From the NCBI GenBank assembly GCA_013265495.1, contig MU058883.1, forward strand, positions 676,596-740,595: 64,000 nucleotides of DNA. Direction: 5' to 3'. Numbering within the stretch: position 1 is the stretch's first letter; each line of letters opens with the position of its first letter. Both the position numbers and the translations under genes were made by a program. Below are positions 50,443 through 62,280 of the stretch, one piece after another. This DNA is from Vicugna vicugna. Its lineage: Eukaryota. The notes below the pieces were generated by a model, which made no database searches, was not told the origin of the DNA, and saw only the letters and a list, made by a program, of their open reading frames with translations.

Positions 50443-50653
50443 CAGGGTTGGCAGACTCTTTCTGTAAGGATCGGGCAGTAAACACTTCAGGCTTTGGGGG
50501 CCAGGCAGCCTCTGGTGCAGTTGTTCAGCCCCACAGGCGTCAGGGGAGATGGCCCGGACAGCGCATCTGTGGACAGGCACGGCTGTTCTAGCAAGGCGGC
50601 TTGTTCACAAGGTCGCAGGTGGATTTGCCAGGGCTCCGTAGTTTGCCGAACCA
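50443..50653 (-). mobile_element. MER58A (hAT-Charlie DNA transposon)
   Basis: Terminal inverted repeats cagggttggcagact / agtttgccgaacc. Internal ttctgtaaggatcgggcagtaaacacttcaggcttt matches MER58A as recalled. Confidence 0.8.
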
Positions 50654-51229
50654 TGAAGTAACTATACCAGACTAGTCTTCCTGGTGTGAGTGACTGGAAG
50701 GCTGGTCAAGATGTATGAAGCCGTTCTCTTAGGACATTGAACAGGCAATGCAGGACTTTGGTCCTTGAGAGAAGGGATCAAATTATATGAACTGTAAAGT
50801 CATTCCAGCTTTCTGCCGCCTGCCTGCCCTTGCCCCAGGGAGGGTAAATCAAGCAGAGCACCTGGTCTCGGTGGAAGAATGGGGTCACAGCTCAAGGAAG
50901 CTGAGTAATGAACCTGCAGTAGTGAGGCAGAGCTCCCAGGAAGACAGAGGGCTCCACGGACCTCCCCTGGGGTCCCTCTGGCACCACGGCTGACACTCAC
51001 CTTGTGGGCAGGGTAAGCTTCCGTGGATCTGGGCAGAGTGTAGCCAGCAGGAGACAGAGTCGAACTGGAGGCTGCACAGAACTGGGAAGTTGGAGTGGAG
51101 TCAGGAGATGCCGGAATTCCAACCAAGCAGGGGGACGTCCTGCTGAACACCCATGGCATTCAGTAAAGTCCGTGTGGAGGAGCTCACAAACAAGCCTTGA
51201 AAGGATCAAGCTCACTTACAAATAAATTA

Positions 51230-52260
51230 AGTACTGGCCAGGACAAATCCCATCACTTACTGAAGACAGACGTCAAAATCCAGACATTTATAGTGTAAGA
51301 GTCACAATATTGAACTTCCAATAAAAAGTTCCTAGATATGCAAAGAGGAAAAAAAAAAACGTGGCACATAACCAGGAGAGAAATCAGGCAGTAAAAACAG
51401 GTCAGAAATGACAGATGATAGGTTGGCAGACCTGACTTAGCTGTTTTAAATGTGCTTCTGTGCTTAAAAGGGAAATATGAAGGTGATGAAGTAAATGGAA
51501 GATTTTTAGAAAGGAGGAAAATGAAACTTCTAGAGATTAAAAAAGTATGTCCAACACCTGAGATGAAACATTTCCTAGTGGGCCCAACAGCAAGTTATAC
51601 TGCGGAAGACAAAGGGTCAACAGAACGCGTCCGAACTAAAACAGACACCAGGCAGAATAAGTCTAGACGGCAGCGGATAGGTGGAAACCACTGGCGAACA
51701 GAAAAATCCTACAGGTAGCCGGAAAAAAAGAAAAACAGATTACACACAGAGGACCAAAGGTGAAAAAGACCACTGACTTCTCATCAGGAAGAACGTGAGC
51801 CCTGTGGCCTGAAAGTACCGAGAGTACAAAACCGTCAGCCTCAGGTTCTGTGTTCATCAGAAACAGTCTTCAAAATGAGGATTAAAAAGAGAAGATGAAA
51901 CAAAGACATTTTCAGACAAATAAGCTGAACAAATTTATCAGTATCAGACCTGCACCATAAGAAGGACTAAATGAGAGTCTACACGTTTGCAGAGAAGGGG
52001 AAGCACTGGAAATGGGAGATGTGTTGGCAAATACAAGATTTTTTCTTGCCTCTTAAATGTCTTTCAAAGGGAATTGACGATAACTGACACTGAGCAAGGA
52101 GAGCACGAGGGCGGAGGGGGGTGCTGCTGTGACCCCTGCACGCTGCTCCCCAGGGGCAGAGCCCTGCTGGAAGCGCGGCTGCCCAGCTAGCAGCCACTGG
52201 AGGAAATAAAAGATTTGGCTGAAAGCCAGTAGCTTTGGTAAAGTAGAGTATGAAAGAGTG
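51230..52260 (+). mobile_element. Ancient L1 ORF1 remnant
   Basis: gaccactgacttctcatcagg, aatgaggattaaaaaga ... aaagacattttcagacaaataagctgaacaaatttatca resemble L1 ORF1 C-terminal DNA. Confidence 0.65.
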
Positions 52261-55200
52261 TTTTGTCCAGAAGCAGGGGAATGAGGCAGTGGGGAGTGGG
52301 CAGCAGGGGGCAGACGTGCGCACAGCAGCGAGTGGTCTTAGGTACGCAGGCAGCACGAGGCACAAGTGAACGGCAGGTGTCATCAGGCTGGAGGAGGAGA
52401 AAGTTTCAGTGAGAGGCACAGATGAGGTAAACTCAAGGGATGGGACATTGCCCTGCAGGCCCCCGTCCTGGGAAAGCTGAAGTGGCTGCGTGAGCATTGA
52501 GTGCACTTGAGGTCACCCCCCTGAGCCTCCCGCAGGTGCAGGACCCGTGCTGGAGCGAGAAGGCGTCTGTCCAGGGCCATGTCCTCCCACGCGCGCCTCA
52601 CAGCTGCTCTGCGATGGCTTGGTGCGCAGCCTGCTGGGAGGCAGAGAACTCTGTAGGAACCGGATTTTAACACTCCTTGCAGTAACTCACGAAACAGAAC
52701 CAGTAATGTTGTAGGATGTTTAAATTCGGTCACACAGCATGGCCCAGTTGACAGCACTGCTGAGCAGCGGGAAAATGCCTGTGCTTTTCAGGTGCTTGTG
52801 GAACATTCACCAGAGATGCCCGGCATGGTGCGAGGATCTGGCCAGGCATCACCCTGTTGCTAACGGCAAGAAAAGGAGACTCGTTCCTCGTGAGATGGAC
52901 ACGGACATCTTCATGAGGTTGTGGCCAGTCTTGCAATATGTAAAGAAGCTTGACACAGTTGTGCTGTAATGCACTGTATGTGTGTTTCTGCAGAATCAAG
53001 CAGCTGAAACCACTGGCTTGTGGGGAACATAGGGGCGCAACACCCAGAACCTTCCTCAGCAGCACGTTTGCTTAGGAAAAATGGGCCTCGGAGAAACTGC
53101 AGCACACCTAGCTTGGGGCAGACTTCTGAAGAAACAGGAAATTTCACACCTTTGGGCAACAAATTGCAAGGAATTTTTAAATCACAAGTAAGTTGTTAGT
53201 GATCAAGGAAGGCAGTCAGGTGGCAGGTTGTCTGTGAGAACATGAAGACGGTGCTGCGGAGGGGCTAGTCAGATGGTGGCAGTTGGTGACGGCTTCGCCA
53301 AGCAGGTGGAAGCTCCACGTGTCAGCAAAGCAAGATTAAAAATGTAGAGCTCATTGCCAAGTGTGCTTCCTGGTAGAAAGTCCACAGGATGGTTAGGACT
53401 TGTGCCAAATTCACAAGAGGGTTACAGAGCAAGCACCAAGAACTCTAGAACTAAGCTAGGAAAGTGAAAACCGACCTCCAAGCAAAATGACTGGCGTGCT
53501 TGGCTCACTGGTGGGGTGTGTTACAGGTTTTCCTTCCTGGGGCACGGGAGCCTGCAGTGGTGGTGGCTCTAGGCTGTGGGGCCTGTCATTCCCTTGTCTG
53601 GAGTGCTCTGCTTCCTCCTGGCCTCCCGGCTCAAGACAGAAGTCTGAACAGAAGGGCCGACCACTCAGAGTGCTGGCCTCGGGCCTTCTGCACGGCCTCC
53701 TTGGTGGGGTTCGGGCTGCTGGGCGTCTGCACCTCTGGTGCCTGCTGCAGGGCGTCTTCCTGGTGGTGGAAACACAAGCCGTGTTGTCAGCTCCAAATGC
53801 CTCGCACCCCGTTCCGTCTTCACTGGTACTGCTTTGAAAGGGTAACAGGTAATTAAGATAGCGGACCCCAGGAGGTCTTGTGTTGAAATCTCCTGATGGT
53901 GATGGATTTGCACTGGTCCACACCTCTTCTTGTTTCCCCCAGTGGAGAACCTTCGGGATGGAGATGTTTGCGAAAGCAGAACAGAGCAAAGCCATGTGCG
54001 CTCAGAGATGCAGCCTGAGAGTGGCAGCAGGTTCTGAGTTAGCAGATGATTTGTAGATGTGACCTGAAAGCTATTCCAAGTGAGATAATCCCTTCTGCCC
54101 TTGAATGAAGATTCAGAGTCTGGAATCAGCCATCTCCATCAGACACCTTTGCTCTGCCGTCTTCTGGGCTCGGTCCTGTTTCAGCTCTGTTGTCCACAGT
54201 TCCTCATTCGTGACAGAGTGGCTTTGTCTGTGACCTTCCCCACTGGATTGCAAGGTTCCACAGGAGCAGGGAATTACCTGTCCTCTTCTCTGCCGTGTCC
54301 CTGCACCTATCTGTGCCAGGCGCTCAGGGGACTTGGCACATCCTGGTGAAGTCACCTGCAGGTGCACTCAAGAGTGCACAGGGCATTGCTTTACAGTTTG
54401 TTAGAAGGGACAGTATGTGTTTAGTCACGTTTTTACTCTGACATTTGGACATGTGCAACATGTGATTCTGCTTTTTCCTTCTAACATTCCTTCTCATCTG
54501 TGAATGTTGCAGTGTAACTAAAATGCAGCCCTAATTTTGTATGTCTGCAAATTTCAGATTCAGTCTTTTGTTGCTGCTTTTCCCAGAGGTAATGATTTTT
54601 AAAACAGGTGTGTGCTCCTTCCACATGCTGTGCAGGACTCGGGGGAGGGGTCAAACCAAGATGCGCAGGGGACGGTCTGGGACGGAGTTCAGAAGCACTT
54701 TTCCAAGCAGAGCTAAGCCTTAGATGATGACCTGCAGTAAAGTGGTGCAATCTCTTCATGTTTCCTTTGAATATAAATTCTAATTATAGTATTTTGTATC
54801 TTCTTTGAACTTCACGTAATCAGAACGCATAGTTAACGGTGGTTGAAAGGTGATTTTTGATTCATTAAGTGCTTGCGTGAATGTGTGAATTGGCCGTGTT
54901 ATACTCAGCCAGGTGAGCAGGAGAGCCGTCTGACACAAGGTGGTTGCCAGTGTGGGGGTGTGACAGAGGGAACTGCAGAGTGAAGGGCACCAGGGGGTCG
55001 TCCTACCCCTTTCCTGTTCCCTGTCCCCACAGCTCAGGAAGCTGGAGTGCCATTGACATTGTTGGATTAGGAGTTACGTTCAGTTTTCTGAAAATGTAAT
55101 GCATTTAAAAATGAGCAGAACCCATAGTTGAAAACCCACTTTGCGTTCTACTCATCAGAAAATAAAGATCCACCTCTGAAGTCTATTCTGCATACATGGG

Positions 55201-55411
55201 AAGGGGTCAGGCTGTGTTTCTGGTCTCACGGTAACCAGTTCTGAAGTCTCACAGACCTGGATTCCCGTCCAGACCCTGCTGCTCCGACGGCACTCTGCCC
55301 TGGAACAGACGGGAGAGTTGAGCCGAGTCTGTGGTGGTTGAGGGCTCAGAGTGACGTGAGGGCCCTGGTCCCACGGACAGCCCCCTGACAGCCTTTCCCT
55401 CTCATCTCAAG

Positions 55412-55498
55412 GTGAATCCGGCCTCGGAAAATCGACTCTCATAAACAGCTTATTCCTGACTGATCTCTATCCAGAAAGAGTCATCCCTGGAGCCGCAG
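55412..55498 (+). CDS. SEPTIN2: SEPTIN2 exon 4 (87 nt), P-loop [29 protein letters not shown]
   Basis: caag acceptor and CAG|GTATGG donor. G1 motif GxxxxGKS. Confidence 0.98.
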
Positions 55499-56260
55499 GT
55501 ATGGGGTATGCCGCTCTGTCCCACTGCAGCTGCACTGAAAGCTGCTTGGGGGTGCGCCGTGGCCTCGTGCTGCACACGTGTGTGTCGGCTTCGGGCCCAA
55601 GGAAGCACCACAGGGGCAGGAAGGGTGTGCCCCTGATGCCCCCGTCCTGGTTGTGGGCTCTGGCCCTGTGCCGTGTCCCAAGCTCTCCAGACTCGTCTTC
55701 TTTGTCTGTGATGTGTGGCGGTTCTGCCTGTGTTACCTGTTTGATGGGGTATCGGGTGAAAATGTTCTCGCTCGGGAGAAATATCTGTGTACGTGGAAGA
55801 CTGCCGTGGGAAAGGGTGTTGTCTGACCCTTTATCTGGGGGGTGGGGGGTGGAGTGTCCAGCATGGGCCTCTCGAGGCTGTCGAGTGAGCGAGCTGTGCG
55901 CACAGCCTGCGCGGCACCCGGGCCCCGCCAGTGCAGGACTGCAGCCCTTTGGCAGTAGTTTTGAATTCAGGTTTTAAATGAATCCGGGAATTGTTTTCTT
56001 TGTCTCAGGAACAGAAATGGTCGTCTTCAGCATTGGCCTTTTACCCTCCCAGGCCCCTCTAACCTTAGCTGTGGGGTCTCCCTTGCCGACCCGGGCTGTC
56101 TCCACAGTCGTCGTGCTCCCTTTTGAGAGCCGTTCTCAGAGGCGGACGGGAGCTTCTGAGTCGTTTGTTTAATGATGAGTCAGCAAGAGGGGACTTCTCC
56201 TGTCTGGGAACTGACTCAGTTTTAAGATATGCTCTCCTACAAAGTATGCTTCTTTTTTAG

Positions 56261-56384
56261 AAAAAATTGAAAGGACTGTCCAAATTGAGGCTTCAACCGT
56301 TGAGATAGAGGAGCGAGGTGTGAAGCTGCGCCTGACGGTGGTGGACACGCCAGGCTACGGGGATGCTATCAACTGCAGGGACTG
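56261..56384 (+). CDS. SEPTIN2: SEPTIN2 exon 5 (124 nt), [40 protein letters not shown]
   Basis: ttttttag acceptor and TG|GTACGT donor. G3 motif DTPG. Confidence 0.98.
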
Positions 56385-57149
56385 GTACGTGCGCAGGGCC
56401 GCGGGGCCTGCGGCTGCTCGCACCTGTGCCAGAGGGTGTGAGCCGCGGCTGCTGGCAGCCGGGTGTGAGGCAGTCCACGTCAGGTTAGTTACAGCTGCTC
56501 AGGGGAGGGCTTTCACAGGGAATGAGCGCTTTTCTCTAGTGTTCCGCGGAGGTCTGGGGTCGCGGGGCCGGCCGGGCCGCAGGCCTGGTGTGAACAAAAC
56601 CCTGCACTAGGAGCCTTGGCCAGTGGACAGGGCGTTGCAGTGCAGCCCCCCCTTTCTGTGTTTGAGGAGCTGAGGTCTCCTAAGGACTCACTGAGGTCTT
56701 GGTGTCTGTGAGGGGCTGCTGTTGGCAACATTCACACAAATGAAGTCAAGGAGCCAGATACCCGCGCAGTCTGTCCTGCTCTGTGCGGAGAACACAGACT
56801 CTCCTGGGCCCGAGGCGGCCAACGGTGTCCGCTTCCCAGCCCGGTGCCCCTGGTCTCCACACGTGATCTGCTCCCGCCCCAGCCCCAGCCCCTCTGCTCT
56901 GTCCTCAGTCAGCGCAGCCTCTTTGTAACCTGTTCCATTCAGACACCACTTAGAGGAGATTGTTTTCGACACCATTTCCAAAAACCTTTGTCTTGCCAAA
57001 CCTAGGGTCAGCTTTCTGTTCCCGCCTTACAAATAAAGTGCTGAGTTCTATTTGGTAGGGAGGCAAGGGATGGAAACACTCATTTAGCCTTGGAAGCTAG
57101 GGGCTTCCTGCCGCCCGGGTCCCAGACTGTGAGTGTGTGTCTCCACCAG

Positions 57150-57284
57150 CTTTAAGACCATCATCTCCTACGTGGACGAGCAGTTTGAGCGCTATCTGCA
57201 CGACGAGAGTGGCTTGAACAGACGGCACATCGTGGACAACAGGGTGCACTGCTGCTTCTACTTCGTCTCGCCCTTCGGGCACGG
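57150..57284 (+). CDS. SEPTIN2: SEPTIN2 exon 6 (135 nt), [45 protein letters not shown]
   Basis: ccag acceptor and GG|GTCAGC donor. Septin DNRVH motif; phases match the neighbouring exons. Confidence 0.97.
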
Positions 57285-57422
57285 GTCAGCACACCCTCTC
57301 TGGGAGCCCCCCGTGTCTGCTGTGTGCAGTCCCAGCTTCCCCAGCTGCACCGTTCAGTGAGAGAGAAGAGTCCTCCCTGTTCTCTCCCTGAATGCGCGAC
57401 GCTTTCCTCAAATTACTTCTAG

Positions 57423-57540
57423 ACTCAAGCCCTTGGACGTGGCGTTTATGAAGGCGATACACAACAAGGTGAACATCGTGCCAGTCATTGCAAAAGCCGA
57501 CACGCTCACCCTGAAGGAGCGGGAGCGCCTGAAGAAGAGG
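57423..57540 (+). CDS. SEPTIN2: SEPTIN2 exon 7 (118 nt), [39 protein letters not shown]
   Basis: cttctag acceptor and AGG|GTGAGC donor. G4 motif AKAD. Confidence 0.98.
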
Positions 57541-57544
57541 GTGA

Positions 57545-57845
57545 GCGTTGGGCCTGTGGGGGCGGGGGGACAGGAACGGGACAGGGGAGCGTGAGGGGCC
57601 TNNNNNNNNNNNNNNNNNNNNNNNNNNNNNNNNNNNNNNNNNNNNNNNNNNNNNNNNNGTGCGGGACCTGCTGGGGGTGGGGTGGGGACAGGGGACCAGG
57701 GGATGGGAGAGCGTGCTGGGCTTGCAGAGGGGACTGGGGAGCGTGCAGGGCCTGCAGGGGAGACGGGTTGGGGGAGTGTGTGGGGCCTGCAGCAGAGGAC
57801 AGAGGACCAGGGGATTGGGGAGCACGTGGGGCCTGCATGGGGAGT
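57545..57845 (+). repeat. G-rich degenerate minisatellite in SEPTIN2 intron 7 (contains an N gap)
   Basis: Recurring ggggag(c/t)gtg..gggcctgca and ggggacaggggaccagggga units. Confidence 0.75.
57602..57658. other. Assembly gap (57 N)
   Basis: Run of N in the minisatellite. Confidence 0.99.
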
Positions 57846-60234
57846 CTGGGTGCTTTTGCACTGACATTTACCTGTAGTTTTTAATATCATGCTTTCATGA
57901 AGGTTTCATGTGTGGCTTGCTTTCTCGTGTTCCTGGCCGTTAGGGGTCCCTGCTCACTCGCATGTTCCGAAAGTTTAGGGCAGTGCCTGGCACAGAGGAG
58001 GCCCCCTCAGGTCTGTGCTGTCAGCACTGAGTACACCGCCTTCTCACAACTGCGTAGTCAGTCAGAGCCTCAGAAAGGAAACATGCACACTTCAACCTTT
58101 GAAAGATGGCTGCATCCACCTCGGAGCTGTGTGACAGTTGGTGTCCCCAGAGCAGAGTGTGAGCGTGTGCTTCTCCCCTGGGGGAGGGTTCTGGATGTGC
58201 CACCAGTTTCTGTAAGGCGTCCCCCTTCGAGAAAGGGAGACGGCACCGTTCCTGTTTGTCCTTGCCCACTGGCTGGTGCGAGCTGCCTGTCACGCAGCTG
58301 GAGGTGAAGCCTGCTGAGAAGCGTGCTCCACTTTGTTGTGTCTTTTGACTCCTAGATACTCGTATGTTTTTAGACATTGGCTGTCATGGTGCAGGTGACT
58401 TCACAGAGCTTGACTTCGTGTGTTCATGTTTTTCCTGCTGTCTTCTGTTCGTAGCAGAGTTTCAGATTGTATATACCCGTGTTTAGTTAGCCTTTTCCTT
58501 TCTTATCTCGAGTGCCTGCCAGATTTCTAGGAAATACTCAGGCCCTTGGAGGGGCCCCCGAAAGCTTAGGTGTTTTTATGCTTGACAGCATTTCAGCAGT
58601 TAGCGCTGAAGGGGTCTTCACCTTTCATAGGCAGTCAGGTTAGACGTGGGACAGGTAGGAGGGGAGGCTGTCAGGTTGGCATCTCTGGTTGTGTAGCCCA
58701 GATTCTTCAGGCTGAGCTCAGAGTCTGAAACGAGCAGAACCCTTTTTATCCCTCCTCCTGGTCTGGTTCTCCCGCCGGCCTGTAATATGCTTCTCCTGCC
58801 TCGTCTGGGGAGCCCCCCGTGGCGACCTGTCCACCTGTCCTCGGGTGTCGTCGTAAACCTCCTGGTGTGACCACCCTCCCCTGGCTTCCGTGTGCAGCCG
58901 CGCAGTCAGCCTGGGCCTCCCCGGCAGGGCTTGCTGTGCTTCCTGAGGAGGTTCTTCTGCCTGTTTACCACCTTCCTGTCTCCTGACCCCTGAATGTCCG
59001 TGTGACTTAATGTTGCCTTGTTCACACCGCCTCATGTGACTTCTGCTTTTCTCTTCAGAGAACCTCACTTCTCTTTCCCGCGGATTCGTGTGCGTACACG
59101 GGAGCCCTCTTCTCTCAGCCTGCCTGCCTGTAAATGGTCCCACAGTTCTTGCAGTCACCCAGACTGAGAACATATAATTACTTTCGGTCATTACTTGCTC
59201 CCTCCTCTCTTCCAGCTCTACACAGCTTACTCCTGTGCTCCCTCAGACCTGTGTTTGTCCCTCTTGCTGGGGTCTGCGGGGTGGTCGTAGGCGGGAACAG
59301 AGCAGGCAGAGCAGGTTCTTGCTCACTGCTCAGCTTCTCCTGCATCTCGCTTAGGAACCAGCAACCGTGAGCGAGGTGGAGGATGCGGGAGGAAGGCCTT
59401 TCCTTGAACCCTGACTTAGTGCAGACTGTGGCTTCATCCTAGATCTTTGACCACACAGGGCCCTTAAGGAGGAACAGATCTGGGAGCACGCTGAAAGTAG
59501 GGGTGTTTCCTGCTGGCTTGGCTTGAAGGCCCAGGTTCTGGGGGAGGGTAAGCAGAGGCCCAGCCTGCCTGGAGCACCCGAGTGCAGGGGAGTTGGGGGC
59601 TGGGGTTTAGTGGGCTGACTGGTGAGTGACTGCGGCCTTCCGCTCCAGCCCAGGTTTTCTCTCCCTCTGGGCTGCTCTGCAGGGCTGACAGCTCAGGGTG
59701 TGCCGTTGCACTGCTGGCCACGTCCTGCCTGTCGTCCAGATCCCTAGAGCCCTTGCTGACGTTCAGGGAACGGTTGTTAGGGAGCCAGTCCTTCTTCCAT
59801 CTCATCCAGCTAGATAGACGTCTTAGGTTCCAGCCAGCCTGGACCTCTTGTTAGTCCCCCCTTGTTAGTCTGCGAGCCGAGCTCCCTCCCCTCCGCGCCT
59901 TGGGCGCATGTCCCTCCTCTCCCTGGAAGGCTCCCTCCTGAGGCTGGTAGTGGTGTGGTTTCCTTTGAGCCTCTGACCTGGCGCCGTCCGTAGTCTGCTG
60001 CTTTGTACGTCGAAGGTGATGGTGCGACGTTACTGTTCTGGGCAGAGGACCCTTCAGAGTGCAGGCATGAGTACCTTTTTGGCAGTTAACAAAATCATTT
60101 GATAATGGTTATGATCCATTTGATTCTTTATTGACATTTGGGTAATTTTGACATATTTCTAATATGATGAGTTAGACCTGACTGAAACAGTATGCAGTTT
60201 GCTAAGACTGCTCCTGGTTTGGTCATTCTTTCAG

Positions 60235-60336
60235 ATTCTCGATGAAATTGAAGAACATAACATCAAAATCTATCACTTACCTGATGCAGAGTCAGACGAA
60301 GATGAAGATTTTAAAGAGCAGACTAGACTTCTCAAG
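60235..60336 (+). CDS. SEPTIN2: SEPTIN2 exon 8 (102 nt), [34 protein letters not shown]
   Basis: ttctttcag acceptor and AAG|GTAGGA donor. Confidence 0.98.
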
Positions 60337-60702
60337 GTAGGAGCTCTGTCTCCAAGTGCCCAGGTAGTAACTCCTGCTTCCTGTCATTGGTGCATTTAAA
60401 ATGGAAGGAGTTGGCAGAGAGCCAGGTCCTGGAAGGACAGCCTCTTCGGCGGGGTAGGTTTGGTTTTAGTAGTGTTTCTTCTTTAAATGTGTTTGACCGT
60501 AGCTATCACCTAAGGCTTAGAAGTCTTGCTGGAGGTTTAATTTGTTCTCATGCATTTTGACCCATGTGGAAAATACCTGCCATGCACGAGAGAAGTGCCA
60601 CTCGCTTTCCGAGAAAGCCTTGTCGCCAGCAGCAGTGTGCCAGTTGGTGCTCACGTCCCTGTGTTCGTGGAGAACATGGGGCTTCCCTGCGTCTCTTTCT
60701 AG

Positions 60703-60848
60703 GCCAGTATCCCATTTTCTGTGGTTGGATCCAATCAGTTGATTGAAGCCAAAGGCAAGAAGGTCAGAGGCCGTCTCTACCCCTGGGGCGTCGTGGAGGT
60801 GGAGAACCCAGAGCACAACGACTTTCTGAAGCTGAGGACCATGCTCAT
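60703..60848 (+). CDS. SEPTIN2: SEPTIN2 exon 9 (146 nt), [48 protein letters not shown]
   Basis: ctttctag acceptor and AT|GTAAGG donor. Septin unique element GRxYPWG...ENPEHxDF. Confidence 0.98.
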
Positions 60849-62196
60849 GTAAGGTGCACATGTGTCCCGGCCGGGCTGCCCAGCGTGGCCATGACCTCTG
60901 ACCCTGTGTGCCCCCGCTGCAGCTGTCACTGCCTGGTGCACCGGGCCCTCCGCGCGCTTCCTGCGTGACCAGCCTCTTCCACCTGCGCCTGGAGCTCAGT
61001 AGGCTCTCCCTCCTATAATCTCAGAGCCCCTTCTGATGCCAACAGACTTGAGACCTAAACTGTGGGGTGACCGCACCAAACATGGGACGCCCCTTGCCCT
61101 GGGCAGGAAATGGTCAGATTCCTGCTGTGGCCACAAGCTCCTCCAGCCCAGCTGAAATGCGTCCCCACGCCAGTCAGCCTCAGTCTCACGTGGAGGGCCC
61201 CAGTTAGCCTTGACAGGCTCCACTGGCTCTTAGCAACTAGAACCAGACCACAAAGATAGACTTCTTTCCTTGAAGAAAAAAGTTTTACCTTTAGCAACAT
61301 GCGCACATGCATTGCTGTTGCTCTTGCATAAAGAGCCTTAAAAAGTGCATTGCTAAAATCTAGTACCTCTTTAATCAGAAGGGTTCAATGAATAGCCAGT
61401 CCGGATAAATTCTGAGTAACTGAAAATTGCTGTATATGCCACAGAGGTCTCACTTGGTTCAGGAATTTTTAGTGAGTTAAAGTCACTAAGAATACCGTTA
61501 AAGTTAACCATTCAAGCTGTGTCAGCGCAATCCAGTCACCACGTAAGAGGTGAAAGTTTGCCATGGTCCTCCAGGACGGCCAAGCCGTCTGGTCTCATCC
61601 CGGAGCCGGAGGCTGTGGAGGCCAGAAGTGGCACTGCAGTGTCGGCCGAAGGAGCTGCCCCTTTGCCATCGCTGTCTGCTGCCCGGACCCCCAGTGGGCA
61701 GGCATGTTACTCATTCTCCAGTGCTTAAGTATTTGAACAAGCTGGGCCATCTTTTGTAAGATGATTAGAAGATTCAGAGTTCTGTTTCTGCCTCATCCAG
61801 AATATTAATACTTCATTTCATGGTTTTCTCCACAGAGTAGGCTAATCAGCTCTTTCTGATATAAATGTTAAGCTTGAGAAGTCATGAATGTTTGAATCAC
61901 GTTTTCCATATGTTCTTTTAGAAAAGGGTGTTCTCTTTCAGATACTGTTTATCTAAAAAATCTAAAACCTCGGCACGTGCACCTGTCAGTGGTGACGGCC
62001 CAGTCAGGTGTGTCTGTGCGTTGCTGGTTGCATTAGCACAGAGGGGTGCTCCTCCATAGGGTTTGCACAGCCTCGCTACCCCGTCCCTTTGTGCATGTTT
62101 ACTGGGCGGCAGGGGGGTTAGTTGCTGGGTTCTCTGGGGTCCGGAATGGGTGGACGTGTGGGCATGGCTCAGCCCAGGCACCCTCTTCTCTTGCAG

Positions 62197-62280
62197 CACC
62201 CACATGCAGGATCTCCAGGAGGTGACCCAGGACCTTCACTACGAGAACTTCCGGTCCGAGAGGCTCAAAAGAGGCGGCAG
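62197..62280 (+). CDS. SEPTIN2: SEPTIN2 exon 10 (84 nt), [27 protein letters not shown]
   Basis: ctcttgcag acceptor and CAG|GTCGTT donor. C-terminal half of the septin unique element. Confidence 0.97.
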
